A DNA stretch of 64,000 bases from the human T2T-CHM13v2.0 reference genome, Homo sapiens: NCBI RefSeq assembly GCF_009914755.1, contig NC_060930.1, one strand, 5' to 3'. Below are positions 16,450 to 35,518 of the stretch, in pieces. The position numbers and the translations under genes are program-made. The first letter of the stretch is position 1. Every line of letters begins with the position of its first letter. The notes beneath the pieces are model-generated. The model was not told the origin of the DNA. It did no database searches and saw only the letters and a list, made by a program, of their open reading frames with translations.

Positions 16450-16715
16450 AGCCCCTGTAGCCTCCAGCAAGAATGACAACAGCACCCACTTTGTCTACAT
16501 ATAACTTTGCACACCTTTCTCTTCTTCTTATCATGCCCCATTTTTGTTAAAGATTGATTCATAAAGTTAACATCAGCTATCAGCACATGCCTAACAATAT
16601 CAACAGCTTCCATTTATTGGGTGCCTACTTGGTGCCAAGTTAGGTGTTTCATATATTGTTTCCAATCCTTACAACCCACATGTACCAAATGGTAGTAAAA
16701 ATAGAGGCGAATTTT

Positions 16716-19136
<2,421 letters not shown>

Positions 19137-19347
19137 AATAAAGGCAAATTTTGAGCCAACCCCTCCCTTTTCAGTCCTCCAGATCCTTGCCTCTGCTTTC
19201 CAGTAGTCCTCCTCTCCAGACATCTCTGAGAATCTCATGTTGTGCTTCCTAAGGCCATTATGGTAAGAATTTGTTCATAGTTCCACCAATGTGAGGTTCT
19301 CAATCCTTCTCCTCTTGTGTCTTTCTTTGATTCCTCAAAAGCGGAGG

Positions 19348-19750
19348 GAGCCCAAACTGGAAACTACTTGCAATGCTCATCAGCAATAGAATGTATGAAA
19401 ATGTTGTGGGATATTTACTCAATGGAATCCCATGCTGCAATGAGAGTGAATGAATGACACCTACCCACAGCCATATTTGCAAAAGAAGTAAAGTACAGGA
19501 ATGATTCCACTTATATAAAGAGCAAAATCTGGTAAAATGTACCCAAGGCTTTTTAGATGTCAAGATAGGGGCGACCTTGGGGAGGAATGACAGGGAGGAG
19601 GCAAAAGTAGTACTTCTGGGGTGCTGGTCACATTTTGATACTTAACCCTGGTCAGGGATTAGGTTCAGTTTATAAATGTTTATTGAACTGGACACTTAGG
19701 GCTTGTGAGTTTTCCTGTTCTTTCTCATACTCCAATACAGAAGTCTTAAA
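19348..19750 (+). mobile_element. Ancient L1 (L1ME-like) 3' fragment
   Basis: CCCAAACTGGAAAC...AATGGAATCC...ATGATTCCACTTATATAAAG...TTCTGGGGTGCTGGT. Confidence 0.65.
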
Positions 19751-19760
19751 ATGAATATAG

Positions 19761-20332
<572 letters not shown>

Positions 20333-20562
20333 AGAGAAGCCCTTTTTATCTCAGGGGCCCAGCTCTTTTGATACAAGGGTTGGGTGAGGGTGAGGCACCT
20401 CTCATGCTACTGTAACTTCAGTTTTACTGCCCAACTCGCTGAGAAAGTCTTCCCCAGGAGAGTTTATTATATTTCCAGTAATAAAGAACTCTGTTTTCAT
20501 CACGCTTCTCCTGCCTGGGATGTGTTAGCACTCTGGCAGGCAGTTAGTTCAATGAGGGCCAT

Positions 20563-20775
20563 ATGGTATTATGGTTAGGAGCATGGCTCTGGATCACTGC
20601 CCCCTCAGTCCTCGCTCTGCCACTTCCTGGCTGTGGGTAAGTTCGTTAAATTCTCTGTGTCTAAGTTTCCTAATTCAAAAGAAAAAGGCCTTCTTTATAG
20701 GGATTGGAAAGATTGAGAGTATATTACATGTTAATTGCTTAGAACAGAGTCTGGCATATGGTTAAGGTTTCAACT
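20563..20775 (+). mobile_element. MIR SINE relic
   Basis: TGGTTAGGAGCATGGCTCTGG...CTCTGCCACTTCCTGGCTGTG...TGCTTAGAACAGAGTCTGGCATATG. Confidence 0.8.
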
Positions 20776-21029
20776 AAGCTTAGCAACAGTGATTACTTGT
20801 CCCTTACCTGTAACCTGCTTTTATCTCTTGTCCTGCCCTGAAGCCCATTAGCCATGTCTGTTCACTCCTGAACCCTGGTTGAGGGCAGAGTTCGTGTTCT
20901 CGTCCAATATTTCATGCCTGTTAGAGAGGTTTTATCTATGCAAAGCACACAACCCCCATAAGTGGGCCACCTAACTCTAAATGCTGGCATAGCCACGTCT
21001 TAGGTCTGAGCTGGCCAGGATACCATCAA

Positions 21030-21205
21030 AACCCCTGGCAGCCCTGTGAAATAGGAAATGTGAGGCCCGTGTTGCAAATGTGGAAACTGAAGCTCAGAGA
21101 GGTGTAGCAACTTGCCCAGACTGATGTGGCAGGTACATAGCTGAGCTGAATTCAAGGCAGGCTTATGCTGACTCTAAAACTCAGGTCTTTCCCATTAGGC
21201 CACAT
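21030..21205 (-). mobile_element. MIR SINE relic
   Basis: GGAAACTGAAGCTCAGAGAGG...AACTTGCCCA core. Confidence 0.75.
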
Positions 21206-21593
21206 TGTCCTCTCAGGCACCAGGCACTGTGGATGACAAGGAAAGAAGTGGCACTATCCACTTTACATAAATTGTAACCTAGCGCAGGAGGGAAGACCTA
21301 GACACGAATCAAAAGTTAAAAACTGGCACAGCCACAGATTATTAGGCCTACACAGGCCGAAGCTTTGAGGAGAGCTGCCCTCAACCAACCGACTGAGGTT
21401 AGATATTTTATTCTTTAAAATGAAGTTTCCAGAGAACAATTCTTAGAGGAAACAGAACGAGCAAAGATAGTCAGTGGGTCCAAAGGGTCACAATTGGGAT
21501 TATGGGGCTAGAAAGGATGGACAAGCCAAGGATCAGAAGTCAGGCAAAGGCAGAGCCAGACAGACTCTGCCAGGCACTGAGCAAAGCACTTTA

Positions 21594-22134
<541 letters not shown>

Positions 22135-22409
22135 TTACTGAGTTAGAGATCAAGCTGGTTAATGACCTACAGGACAATAAAACTATAAGCATTGAGGTTA
22201 TCTTTTCTACCAATAAAAAATCATTTATGTCTCTAATAAACAAAAGTCTCTAAGTTAACATGTAACTTCACAGCATCTGAGCCCTAATCAATAGTAAACA
22301 GAATTCAATGAAAAGTACATTCTCTTGAGAATCAAATAATCTGTGGGTGAGCTTGTTAGACAAGACCCCAGGGTGACACCAAAAGTTTTACATAATTTTT
22401 CTTAACGAT

Positions 22410-22806
22410 TGTTATGGTTTGAATGTCCCCAAAAATTTGTGTGTTGAAACTAATCACCAATGTGATAGTACTTAGAGGTAGGCTGATTTAGGAGGTGATT
22501 AAGCCATGAGGGTACAACATTCACCAGTGAGATTAGCAACCTTATAAAACAGCTGGAGGGAACTAGCTAGGCCCTTTTTGCCCTTCCATTCCTTCCACCA
22601 GGTGAGGACACAGCATTCATCGCCTCCAGAGGTTGCAGCAACAAGCTGCTATCTTAGAAGCAGAAATTGGGCCCTCACTGGACACTGAAACTGCCCAGGC
22701 CTTGATCTTGGACTTCCCAGCCTCCAGAACTATGAGACATACAATGCTGTTGTTATAAATTGCCCAATCTCAGGTATTTTGTTATAGCAGCAAATAGACT
22801 AAGACA
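22410..22806 (+). mobile_element. MaLR solo LTR (MSTD/MLT1A1-like)
   Basis: TGTTATGGTTTGAATGTCCCC...GGACTTCCCAGCCTCCAGAAC...GACTAAGACA. Confidence 0.88.
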
Positions 22807-23539
22807 ATAATAGACAGGGGGTTTTTTTAATGTAAAAATAGTTGAGAGTCCTACATCAACAAATCACAATTTGATTGATAACTTCAGATTGTCCACTTTA
22901 GGTCTAAAGCAATTTGCAAGCAACTATTTTGTCATTTCCCAAGCTTACCTGATAGATTTTTGCATTACAAACAGAATTGCACATTCTGTACTATAAGAAT
23001 ATTGTTAAAATGCAACATACTAAAAGGCTATTTCCAAAGCAAATAGAGGCATCAACTGCCAGGGAAAAACAGGGATTATCAAAGAATATCAGTTAAAGCT
23101 CTACCAAAAATAGAGCTCTTCAAAAATACTAATCCCCTAGTATTATGGTTAACTATTTGTTTAAACACACTTAATCCATCAAAGATACTGTTTTGATTGA
23201 GTCACTTGTCTTTATGAATAAATGGTAATGGGCTTGAATTTCCACAATACTTTTTACTCTTTAATTTAGAGTCCAATAATTCAGGTTTTTTGAAAATCCA
23301 GCAGAGGCTGTTCTGAAGTTTGTTTTTGCACTGTGCATGAAAAAAATAGTTTGATAAGAATCCCAGTAGTGGCAATCAAGTTTGGAGAGCAGGCTTAGGA
23401 AAGAGTATTTTAACTACTTATTAACTTTAAAATATTGTGAACACTTTAGAAGCATCTATTTACATAAAATCAATGCAGTAATTAGAGATTATTCTTATCT
23501 CTTCATTAAGATAAGTCTCCTGAGAATCTCTATTCATCA

Positions 23540-23712
23540 CTTAGTGCAAGTCCCTCATCTGACTTCATCTGAAACACCTGGAAGATGCTTTAAAAATAGA
23601 AATACACATAACCCAGCCCACCCCTGAGATTCTGATGCAGCAGATAGAGCCCAGGAACATCTACTGAAAAGCTGCCAGTGACTATGATGCACGCCAGATA
23701 TGAGGACCCCTA
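23540..23712. mobile_element. MER5-like relic
   Basis: AACACCTGGAAGATGCTTTAAAAATA...CCCACCCCTGAGATTCTGAT...CCCAGGAA. Confidence 0.55.
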
Positions 23713-23977
23713 ACCAGGAGGGACACGTTCTTCTGCTGGACTATCTCATATGACAGTGCATCCTCAGGATCACTGGCTCCCAGGTCTGAAAAATAACTTA
23801 GGAAACATGTAGCTTGATATAGAAATTCTATATGTCCTGCAATTCTGACTTTTAAGTAAAATGGACTGGACTTAGCCCCCAGATCGTTCTAATGAACTCT
23901 GTATTTCAATCTTGCAATTCACAGCAGGAACCCAGATTCAGTCAACCCTGTCCAGTGCTAGAAACTGAAGCCAAAGC

Positions 23978-24158
23978 TAAGGGTTGGCAAGCCCTGGCCA
24001 ACAGGTCAAATCTGTCCTTCTGCCTGTTCTTATAAATAAAGTTTTATTGGAACACAGACATGCTTATTCATTTAGAGATTATCTATGACTAGGCAAAGTT
24101 GAGTAGTTAGAAGAGAGATGATACGGCCCACAGAGCCTAAAATATTATCTAGCCCTGG
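23978..24158. mobile_element. MER58A hAT-Charlie MITE (partial)
   Basis: GGGTTGGCAAGC...AAATAAAGTTTTATTGGAACACAG...GTTGAGTAGTT...GAGCCTAAAATATT. Confidence 0.88.
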
Positions 24159-24384
24159 CCTAAATCTTCACTTAAATGAATGAATACATTATTTTTCTTT
24201 ACAATTAAATATAAAGAACTTCAATCCAAAATACAGCTCTTACAATTCAATAAAAAGAAAACAGTGCAATTTTTCAAATGAGCAAAAAATGTGAAGCCAA
24301 GCTTCATCAGAGAAGATACATGAATGACAAATAAGGACATGAAAAGAAGCTCAACATCATGAGTTATCAAGAAAACATGCATTA

Positions 24385-25178
<794 letters not shown>

Positions 25179-25284
25179 TAAACATAAATCTACTATACAA
25201 CCCTGCCATCCACTATGAAATATTTACCTGTAAGAAATGAAAGTGTATGTCTATACAATTGCTTGTACACAAACATTCATAGCA

Positions 25285-25449
25285 GTTTTTTGTTGTTTTG
25301 TTTTGTGGGGTTTTTTTTTTTTTTTTTCTGTAGAGATGGGATTTCACTATGTTGCCCAGGCTGGTCTCCATACTCCTGGGCTCAAGTGATCCTCCCACCT
25401 CAGCTTCCCAAAGTGCTGGGATTATAGGCATGAGCCACCATGCCCATCC
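25285..25449 (-). mobile_element. FLAM / Alu monomer
   Basis: Reverse left monomer with T tail. Confidence 0.9.
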
Positions 25450-25742
25450 ACAGCTTTATTTTTAATAAAAACTGGGAACAACCCCAATGTTCATCAACAG
25501 AAGAATGAATAAACAAACTGTGGAATATCCATACCATGGCATACTACATGTAATAAAAATGAATGAACTATTGATACATGTAACAACATGGGTGAATCTC
25601 AAAATAATTACGCTAAGCAGAACAAGCAAATACAAAGTACATTCTAAAAAGGCAAAACTATGGAGACAAAAATCAAAGCAGTGATAGCCAGGAACTGGGA
25701 GTAGGAGACTGACTATGAGTTCAGTATAAAATAACTTTCTGG

Positions 25743-26038
25743 GGCTGGGTGCGGTGGCTCACGCCTGTAATCCCAGCACTTTGGGAGACCGAGGTGGGTG
25801 AATCACTTGAGGTCAGGAGTTTGAGACCAGCCTGACCAACATGGTGAAACCCCCTCTCTACTAAAAATACAAAAATTACCTAGCTGTGGTGGCACATGCC
25901 TGTAATCCCAGGTACTTAGGAGGCTGGGGCAGGAGAGCTGCTTGAACCTGGGAGGTAGAGGTTGCAGTGAGCCAAAATCACATCACCGCACTCCTGCCTG
26001 GGCAACAGAGTGAGACTGTCTCAAAAAAAAAAAAAAAA
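25743..26038 (+). mobile_element. Alu SINE
   Basis: Full dimer; TSD AACTTTCTGG. Confidence 0.97.
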
Positions 26039-26197
26039 GAACTTTCTGGAGTGATAAAATGTTCCATACCTTGACAGTGGTGGTGCTCACACAGCTGTAT
26101 GTTTGTCAACATTTATCCAACTATTCTCTTGAAAGGGATGGATTTTTCTGTATGTAAATTATACCAAAATACACCTGATTTATAAAAGCACACAAAA

Positions 26198-26985
26198 GCC
26201 AGTTGGAAGGGACTCCCATCAGCCAAATCTAGGACAATTTAAACATCAAAATAAATAACAATAGTAATGAATAATAAGCCACTGAGTGAAAAAAGATTCT
26301 CTGAGTCCATGCTGATATAAATAAAGAAAGAAATAAATAAGGGAAAGGAGAAAGTTCATGCTAACAGGAAATGCCAGCTGATAAATGTGAATAATAAAAT
26401 TAGAAAAACAAGCATTTGATTATTACTGTGATAATGATTAACTCATTCAAGAATCATCAAGCCAGGGCCCAGCATGGTGGCTCACACCTGTAATCCCAAA
26501 GGTTTGGGAGGCCAAGGTAGGAGGATCACTTGAGCCCACGAACTTAAGACCAGCCTGGACAACAAAGTGAGACCCCATCTCTACAAAAAAAAAAAAAATT
26601 TAAAAATTAGTTAGGCATCGTGCACACCTGTAGTCTGTTACTCAAGAGGCCGAGGTGAGAGGATCCTCTTGTAACTTGAGTTCAAGGCTACAGTGAGCTA
26701 CAGTGAGCCACGTTCACACCACTGAATTCCAGTCTGGGCAACAATAACAACAACAACAAAATATAAATGGATGCTAAAAATAATGGATAATAGTTTGTTG
26801 AGAAACAGAATACTTGTATAGTCTGGAATTATCTCCCCACATTGTACTTATTAATTGCAAAGGGAAAAATAATAATTTTACAATATAGAAACCTGGTAGA
26901 CGAATAAAGTGATCAAAATCTATCCTCTATAATGAGACAAACTGACATTATAAGTCTTCTATATAAAACACTGAGAAGTGCTTTA
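26198..26985 (+). mobile_element. L1MC4-like 3' fragment split by an AluJ
   Basis: CCAGTTGGAAGGGACTCCCATCAGCCAAATCTAGGACAATTT...ATCTCCCCACA...AAAGGGAAAAATA...AGTGATCAAA. Confidence 0.7.
26466..26761 (+). mobile_element. AluJ-like
   Basis: Diverged dimer (GGAGGATCACTTGAGCCC), (CAA)n tail. Confidence 0.93.
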
Positions 26986-27291
<306 letters not shown>

Positions 27292-28391
27292 GTTCTGTAG
27301 ATCTGAAATTAGTTCAAAATGTAGATGTTTAGGAAATAAATTAACTGAACCCTGATTCATGGATGTATTATGATTTTCTCATTGTATAGACCTGACACAA
27401 ATTAGGTACATTCTATGGCACATCTCATTTAGGGAAATTAAAGGGAAAAAGGTACATTCGGGAAAAGGTGAGCACAGGGATGAAGACACCATCTCCATAT
27501 CCCTCGGCTGCTTCATTAACAGCCTGTTATTTTACAGCGAGGCCAGTGACACCTTGTCTATGCTTGAGTTTTCTCCACAACACAAGCAAAGTATGATGAA
27601 CAGTATGATGCGGTACTAGCTCCACAGTACCATGGGAACTAGCTAGAGATTTCTCACCTGCTCCTTCATGTAACCTTTTGGCTTTTTGTTCCTGTCCTCT
27701 ATTTATGAAAGAAGTAAAATGATAAGAAAGCATGCACAGTTTGTGATAGTGGATTAGCAGGTCACAAGCAGGTCTGTCTACCCTCCTTCCAGGACATCCG
27801 AGTTTCACCTTTGAAATTACAATGGTGGATCTGTCCCCTCCCCGATCTAACATTTTAATGTCCTCCTTTAGGCTTTAGACATCAGTGTCCAGACGTCCTA
27901 TGAGTGGAGTCTCCAGCACCCACAGAAGTGGCTCCCTGTTGTCCCTGTGGTTCCCCAAATGTCACTGCTCTTCCCCAGCAAGAATTTGGCCGTGGCTTGA
28001 TCCGAAGCAGCTGTTGCATGGCGCAACAGTGCAGAACAGTTTGGGACAGGAAGTGAAAGAGACCACATCCTCTTGAAACTGCAGGGAAAGTTTATTAGGC
28101 CTCGTATCATGGCTTCACATTGTTAGGAAGTGGCAGTTGGACTCTCCTCTGCCTCAGGAGTTTGGATGAGGCATTGGTCACTGTGTTGTCTGCCTCTTGA
28201 CTTTCATCTGGAGAAGAATGCCAATGCCTACCCCGGCGCTTGACCAGAAAACTCCTTAGACAGTCACTCTGAAGGCTCCTAGAAAGTGAAAATCGTGAAC
28301 ATGTATTGAAGGCCTGCTATGCCTCTGTCTGAGCACTTAAAACACTTAGAATTTGAGAATCCTGGAGCCACTTAAAATTGGCCTTGGAGTC

Positions 28392-28771
28392 TGATATGGT
28401 TTGGCTCTGTGTCTCCACCCAAATCTCATGTCGAATTGTAATCCCCAGTGTTGGAGGAGGGGCCTGGTGGGAGGTGACTGGATCATGGGAGTGGATTTCC
28501 CCTTTGCTGTTCTTGTGAGAGTGAGAGTTCTCACAAGGTCCGGTTGTTTAAGGGTGTAGCATCTCCCCCTTGTCTCTCTTCCTCCTGCTCTGGCCGTAGA
28601 AGACGTGCCTGCTTCCCCTTCCCCTTCTGCCATGATTGAAAGTTTCCTGAGGTCTCCCCAGCCATGCTGCCTGTACAACCTCTGGAACCATGAGCCAATT
28701 AAACCTCTTTTCTTTATAAATTACCCAGTTTCAGGTATTTCTTTATAGCAGTGCAAGAACAGACTAATACA
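28392..28771 (+). mobile_element. MSTA-like MaLR solo LTR
   Basis: TGATATGGTTTGGCTCTGTGTC...GACTAATACA; TSD GAGTC / GAGCC. Confidence 0.93.
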
Positions 28772-30859
28772 GAGCCCATTTCACCCAATCTGACAATCTA
28801 GTTGCAGACAAAACATACACACTAGCAAATATCCTTGCAGTTCCAGGCCATGAATTTAAGAAGTCAGATGTACGGTAGCAGTCGTTAAGTGCAGGAGGCA
28901 CAAGAAAAGCTGTGATTATGGAAATCTTAGGACTGCCCTCCTATACCCAAAGAGAGGAAGGTGAGGAACCCTGTCCCCAAAACCTTAATTTCCAGAACAA
29001 GCCCTCCACCTGAGGAAACAGGAATTAACAGGCAACAAAGATAAAAGGGGAGATGGGTTCAGGGTCTTAGGGCTAGGGAAGGAGAGGAGCAGGTGGCAAG
29101 TTGAGAGGGAAGGTTTAATAACATGAGATTGCCTCGGTTCAACAAAGAAGCTCCTAATCTCGAAGCTGAGTCTCTTACACATGTGAGTTTTTAATCAGAG
29201 GCCCCAAAACAGTAATCAATCTGTAGTTTCCACCAACACAAATGAGACGCATGGGAAGGAAGGAAGTAGGAAAGAAGTATTGCTTTGTTTTTGGTTTGTT
29301 GGGGCTTTTTTCTTTTCTCCTCTGGTCCACCTAAATCTGTTTGTGTGCTTAGCCCATTGCCTGAGGTATTGTTTGCATTGTCTTTCTCCTCTAGCCTCCC
29401 CCAGCTACCATCCCCTTCATCTCACATCCAAAATTCTGGATGTGGGTTCGATAGGAAGATGGCAAACACCAGCATGTACCCTAGATCAGACATAAGGAGT
29501 AGAGCCTGTCTGGCAAGCCACCAAGCTTGGCTCTCTTGGAGGTTCTGCAAAGGGAGATAAAATGTGCCTTTTGCAGTGAAATGTTTGTGGACTTTGTATC
29601 AAATTCATGGTGCAGACATCTCTGCGGGGCAGCCGGACACAAAGCAGAATCCCCGGTCCAGCTCACTGCCAAGCCCCACCTCCCACTGCGCAGCCCAGGA
29701 CGGTGCAGCCCTGGCCTTCGGTGCTCACCAGAGCGGAAGAGAGCTGCTACGGGGTCTGGACATGGGGGCTGTTACCTCCCCACACACAGTGGTCAGGCAG
29801 GTGGTATGTAACAGAGGTCCGCAGGCATGGCCTGCCACCATTGCCTGCAGGCTTTCCACTTTACGTTAGCCCACATGCTGGTGATCAGCCAGTCCATGCA
29901 GTTTGGGGTCCTCTGGTTTTCAGCCTGCATTGACTTATAATCTTCCTCATTTCTGAAGCTGAGTTAACAGACTCCCTCTGGAATGCCCACAGGTTCCTGC
30001 AACCACACAGTCTAGGGGTAAACCCTTCCCAAGACCAAGTCTGTAGGAAGCTCTAAGGTTAGAAATGGGTCACTGAGAGACAATATCAATTTCAATTACA
30101 GCTCTAGGCTCCTTGAGACCTTGTGACAAGCCACTTAAGGCAAGACTGAGTTTGACTCTGAGGCACCTCTAGTAGTGAAGCTCCTTTGCCTCAAAGAGCA
30201 GCATAACATCATGCTTCCCAGTCATCTGTCCCTGGCTTCTCTGTCCCCTCCCGCTTCCGCCCACTAACAGATCAGACTAGGTCTAGGCAAAATCCCAAAT
30301 CATTTTCCCTCCCAGTCTGTGGGTTCCTGAAGTCACCAGAATTAGACTAACTCATTCACCTTGCTCAGATGAAGACACTGTCACCTTGTTAAATTGCAAA
30401 GACTTCACCTGTTCTTGCTTTGCAAGAGTTAATTTTTAAGGAAGAGTTTACTGTTGCCCAGCAAAAAACCTGAGGAAATGACAATGGGATAGGTACATTT
30501 GTTAAGGAAGCAGAGGAAAGGGAACTTTGGAAAAAGGAGTGAGGTAGGGTGATGACAGGATAACAGGGAAACAGTATAAAAGAAGAGAAAGATCAAAGCT
30601 GAATTGGGGTGAGGAGATGACACAGCTAAGGATATACTGTTTGCCTCTTACAATTTTTGCTGGAGTCAAACTTTAAAAGTTGAATAGCCTCCCGACAGCT
30701 GCTATATTTCTCTTCCCTTTGCTTGAAGTAGGATTTGGAAGAAAGTTATTTGTCTTTGTGCTCTCGATAAAGCATATTAAATAATATGTCTGTGTGTCTC
30801 AAAGACCTTGAACAACCTCAGATGGACTCTAAACCAGCCCTTATTCCTTCGTTCTGCAG

Positions 30860-30969
30860 GTTCAGAATTGTATTCACTTCCCAGGGCGAAGGTGACCCTC
30901 TGGGTGGCCTCCACCCTCATCCTAATTAGTATCAGCTGGCCTTTCAGAAAGGGAACGTGGAATAGAGAG
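30860..30969 (+). other. Candidate 110-nt orphan exon
   Basis: TTATTCCTTCGTTCTGCAG|G acceptor and GAG|GTAAGA donor in unique sequence; no expression evidence. Confidence 0.3.
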
Positions 30970-31007
30970 GTAAGAACCATCGTGGATGGCAAAACCATCT
31001 GCCTTGA

Positions 31008-32670
<1,663 letters not shown>

Positions 32671-33009
32671 ATTTACTATAAGCAAACCCTCCAAACCTAC
32701 AATAGCTCTCTTTATAGTTTTATCAACTTGGCTTAATCCAAGTCTCAACTCTGATTTGCAACCCCTTCTACAATTCATCTCATGTTATCTCTTACTGGTC
32801 CTTATTCAGGGCATACCCTCTGATCCAACCAAGATGCTGTTCCCTGGGTCATTCCTCTGACTTTTCCAATTACCAATGACACCCTCTCAACCCATTCAAC
32901 CTTTCTACTCTTCCTTCAAGACCTAGCTCATATCCCCACCTTCTGCACACAGACTACAACTATTAGAACCTACCTCCTCTCCCAGTTCTCTGAGGTCCTA
33001 CCATGCTAT

Positions 33010-34353
33010 TGAGAGGTAACAGCCTGCTGGCAGCCCTCACAGCACGCTCGCTCTCGGCATCTCCTCTGCCTCGGCGCCCACTCTGGCGGCGTCTGAGGAG
33101 CCCTTTAGCCCGCCGCTGCACTGTGGGAGGCCCTCTCTGAGCTGGCCGAGGGCGGAGCCGGCTCCCTCTGCTTGCGGGGAGATATGGAGGAAGAGGCGCG
33201 AGCGAGAACCGGGGTTGCATGCAGCACTCACAGGCCAGCACGAGTTCTGGATGGGCTCGGCAGGCCCCGCACTCGGAGCAGCCGGCCAGTGCCGCCGGCC
33301 CCAGGCAGTGAGGGGCTTAGCACCCGGGCCTGCAGCTGCGGAGGGTGCACCAGGTCCCCCAGCAGTGCCGGCCCGCCGGTGCCGCACTGGAATTCTAGCC
33401 GGGCCTCAGCTGCCTCCCCACGGGGCAGGGCTCGGGACCTGCAGCCCGCAGTGCCCAAGCCTCCTCCTGCTGTGGGCTCCTGCACAGTCCAAGCCTCCCC
33501 GACAGGCACCGCCGAGGTCCCATCAACCACCCAAGGGCTGAGGACTGTGGGCACATGGAGTGGTGCTGGCGGGCAATTCTGCCAGGGGCCCTGGTGCGGG
33601 ACCCACTAGGTGAAGCCAGCTGGGCTTCTGAGTCTAGAGGGGACTGTGGAGAACCTTTATGTCTAGCTAAGGGATTGTAAATACACCAATCTGCACTCTG
33701 TGTCTAGCTCAAGGTTTGTAAATGCACCAATCAGTGCTCTGTGTCCAGCTAATCTAGTGGAGACTTGGAGAATTTTTGTGTCTAGCTCAGGGATTGTAAA
33801 TGCATCAATCAGCACCCTGTCAAAATGGACCAATCAGCTCTCTGTAAAACAGACCAATCAGCAGGATGTGAGTGGGGCCAGATAAGGGAATAAAAGCAGG
33901 CAGCCCCAGCCAGAAGTAGCAAGTGGCTCTGGTTCTCTTTAACAGTGTGGAAGCTTTGTTTTTTCGCTGTGTGCAATAAATGTTGCTGTTGTTCGCTCTT
34001 TGGGTCCGCACTGTGTATGAGTTGTAACACTCACCATGAAGGTCTGCAGCTTCGTTCCTCAGGCCAGCGACATCACGAACCCACTGGGAGAAACGAACAA
34101 TTCCGGACGGGAGAAAGAAACAACTCCAGACGCGCCGCCTTGAGAGCTGTAATACCACAAAAATCTGCATCTTCTACTCCTGAAGCTAGCGAGACCACGA
34201 ACTCACCAGAAGGAATAAACTCCAAACACGTCTGAACATCAGAAGGAACAAACTCCAGACACCCCACCTTTAAGAACTGTAACACTGACCGTGAGGGTCC
34301 GCGGCTTCATTCTCGAAGTCGGTGAGACCAGGAACCCACCGACTCTGGACACA
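33010..34353 (+). mobile_element. Solo LTR12 (ERV9; LTR12C/D/E type), 1,344 bp
   Basis: TGAGAGGTAACAGCCTGCTGGCAG...GGAACCCACCGACTCTGGACACA; perfect 4-bp TSD CTAT (33006-33009, 34354-34357); GC/CpG-rich U3, CCAAT repeat units, U5 repeats. Confidence 0.97.
33686..33917 (+). promoter_or_regulatory. LTR12 U3 promoter: four CCAAT boxes, a GATA site and an AATAAAA TATA-like box
   Basis: CCAAT at 33686, 33727, 33830, 33854; AGATAA 33880-33885; AATAAAA 33889-33895; expected start near 33915 by analogy with ERV9. Confidence 0.7.
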
Positions 34354-35219
34354 CTATTGTCTGAACACTGTAATTTAGTGCTTTCTTTATTGGGCTAACA
34401 TCACCTGAACCCTCTTTGCATTCAGACCACTAGGCTAGAGACTAAATTAGATTCCTCAAACACTGCTCTTCAGCTGACTCATTCATAAATCCTGCCCTGA
34501 CTACCAGACGGTCAAGTTTCTTAAGGATGAGACCGTGCATATCTTTTCATTGCCTCTGCACAAGACGGAGCGCTAGGGCCAATAAAAAGGATTCATTGCT
34601 TTCATTGCAAATTTAGTAACAGGGTAGATATAATAGGAAAAAAAACTTTAAAATCTTAGAATTTGAACAAAAGTTCAAGAGTTCAGGACTTTGAGCAAAA
34701 GCATTTATTTATGCAAAATTCTTCCTGGTACTCCTCCCTTCTCACCACCAAAAATCCCTTAAAGTAGGTAATGTAAGGGGAGAAGCATGAAATTAAGATA
34801 GGCGCTGTGGAAAAAAAAGTGCTTTGGAGTTTGTCATATTCCGTTTGACAGTCTATCTGTAGGCAGAATGTTGACAGTTTTGGCAAAGGAAGACAGTTTG
34901 AGGACAGAAAAGATGAGCTGAGAATCCTTCCTTGCATTGCAGTTTAGATCACCATACTTCAGGTTAATCCCTTGCAACAGTAACTAGACATGCCGTTGTC
35001 AATCCAACCATCCACCAGCAAGCTTGCAGAAGTATCTTCACGATTCAAAAGCCACACGTCAGACCCAGTGGGCCTCTGCTTCCCCCATACTCCATTTGGG
35101 AACATTTGGTTGAACTTGAGATTTCCTAGCAGAGTGGTCCCCTTGTCAGTTCAGTGAGTTCATACGTTAAGTAGAGTCTGAGTAAATATAATTATGTATG
35201 ATTTAAGATTTCTTTTTTC

Positions 35220-35518
35220 AGCCAGGCGCAGTGGCTCTTGACTGCAATCCCAGAACTTTGGGAGGCTGAGGCGGGCAGATCACCTAAGGTCAGGAGTTTG
35301 AGACCAGCCTGACCAACATGGTGAAACCCTGTCTCTACTAAAAATACAAAATTAGCCAGGCGTGGTGGTGCATGCCTGTAATCCCAGCTACTGGGGAGGC
35401 TGAGGCACGAGAATCGCTTGAACCGAGGAGGCAGAGAGGTTGCAGTGAGTCAAGATCGTGCCATTGCACTCCAGCCTGGGCAACAAGAGAGAAATTCCAT
35501 CTCAAAAAAAAAAAAAAA
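35220..35518 (+). mobile_element. Alu SINE (AluS-like)
   Basis: Full dimer with poly-A. Confidence 0.97.

Noticed and set aside
29620-29870. GC-rich patch with about 10 CpGs and stacked short ORFs
   Set aside because: Too short and CpG-poor for an island; no coherent exon or motif set.
32963-33609. Overlapping GC-rich ORFs and CpG-island-like composition
   Set aside because: Entirely within the LTR12 U3; stop codons are rare in GC-rich DNA. Not a host-gene CpG island.
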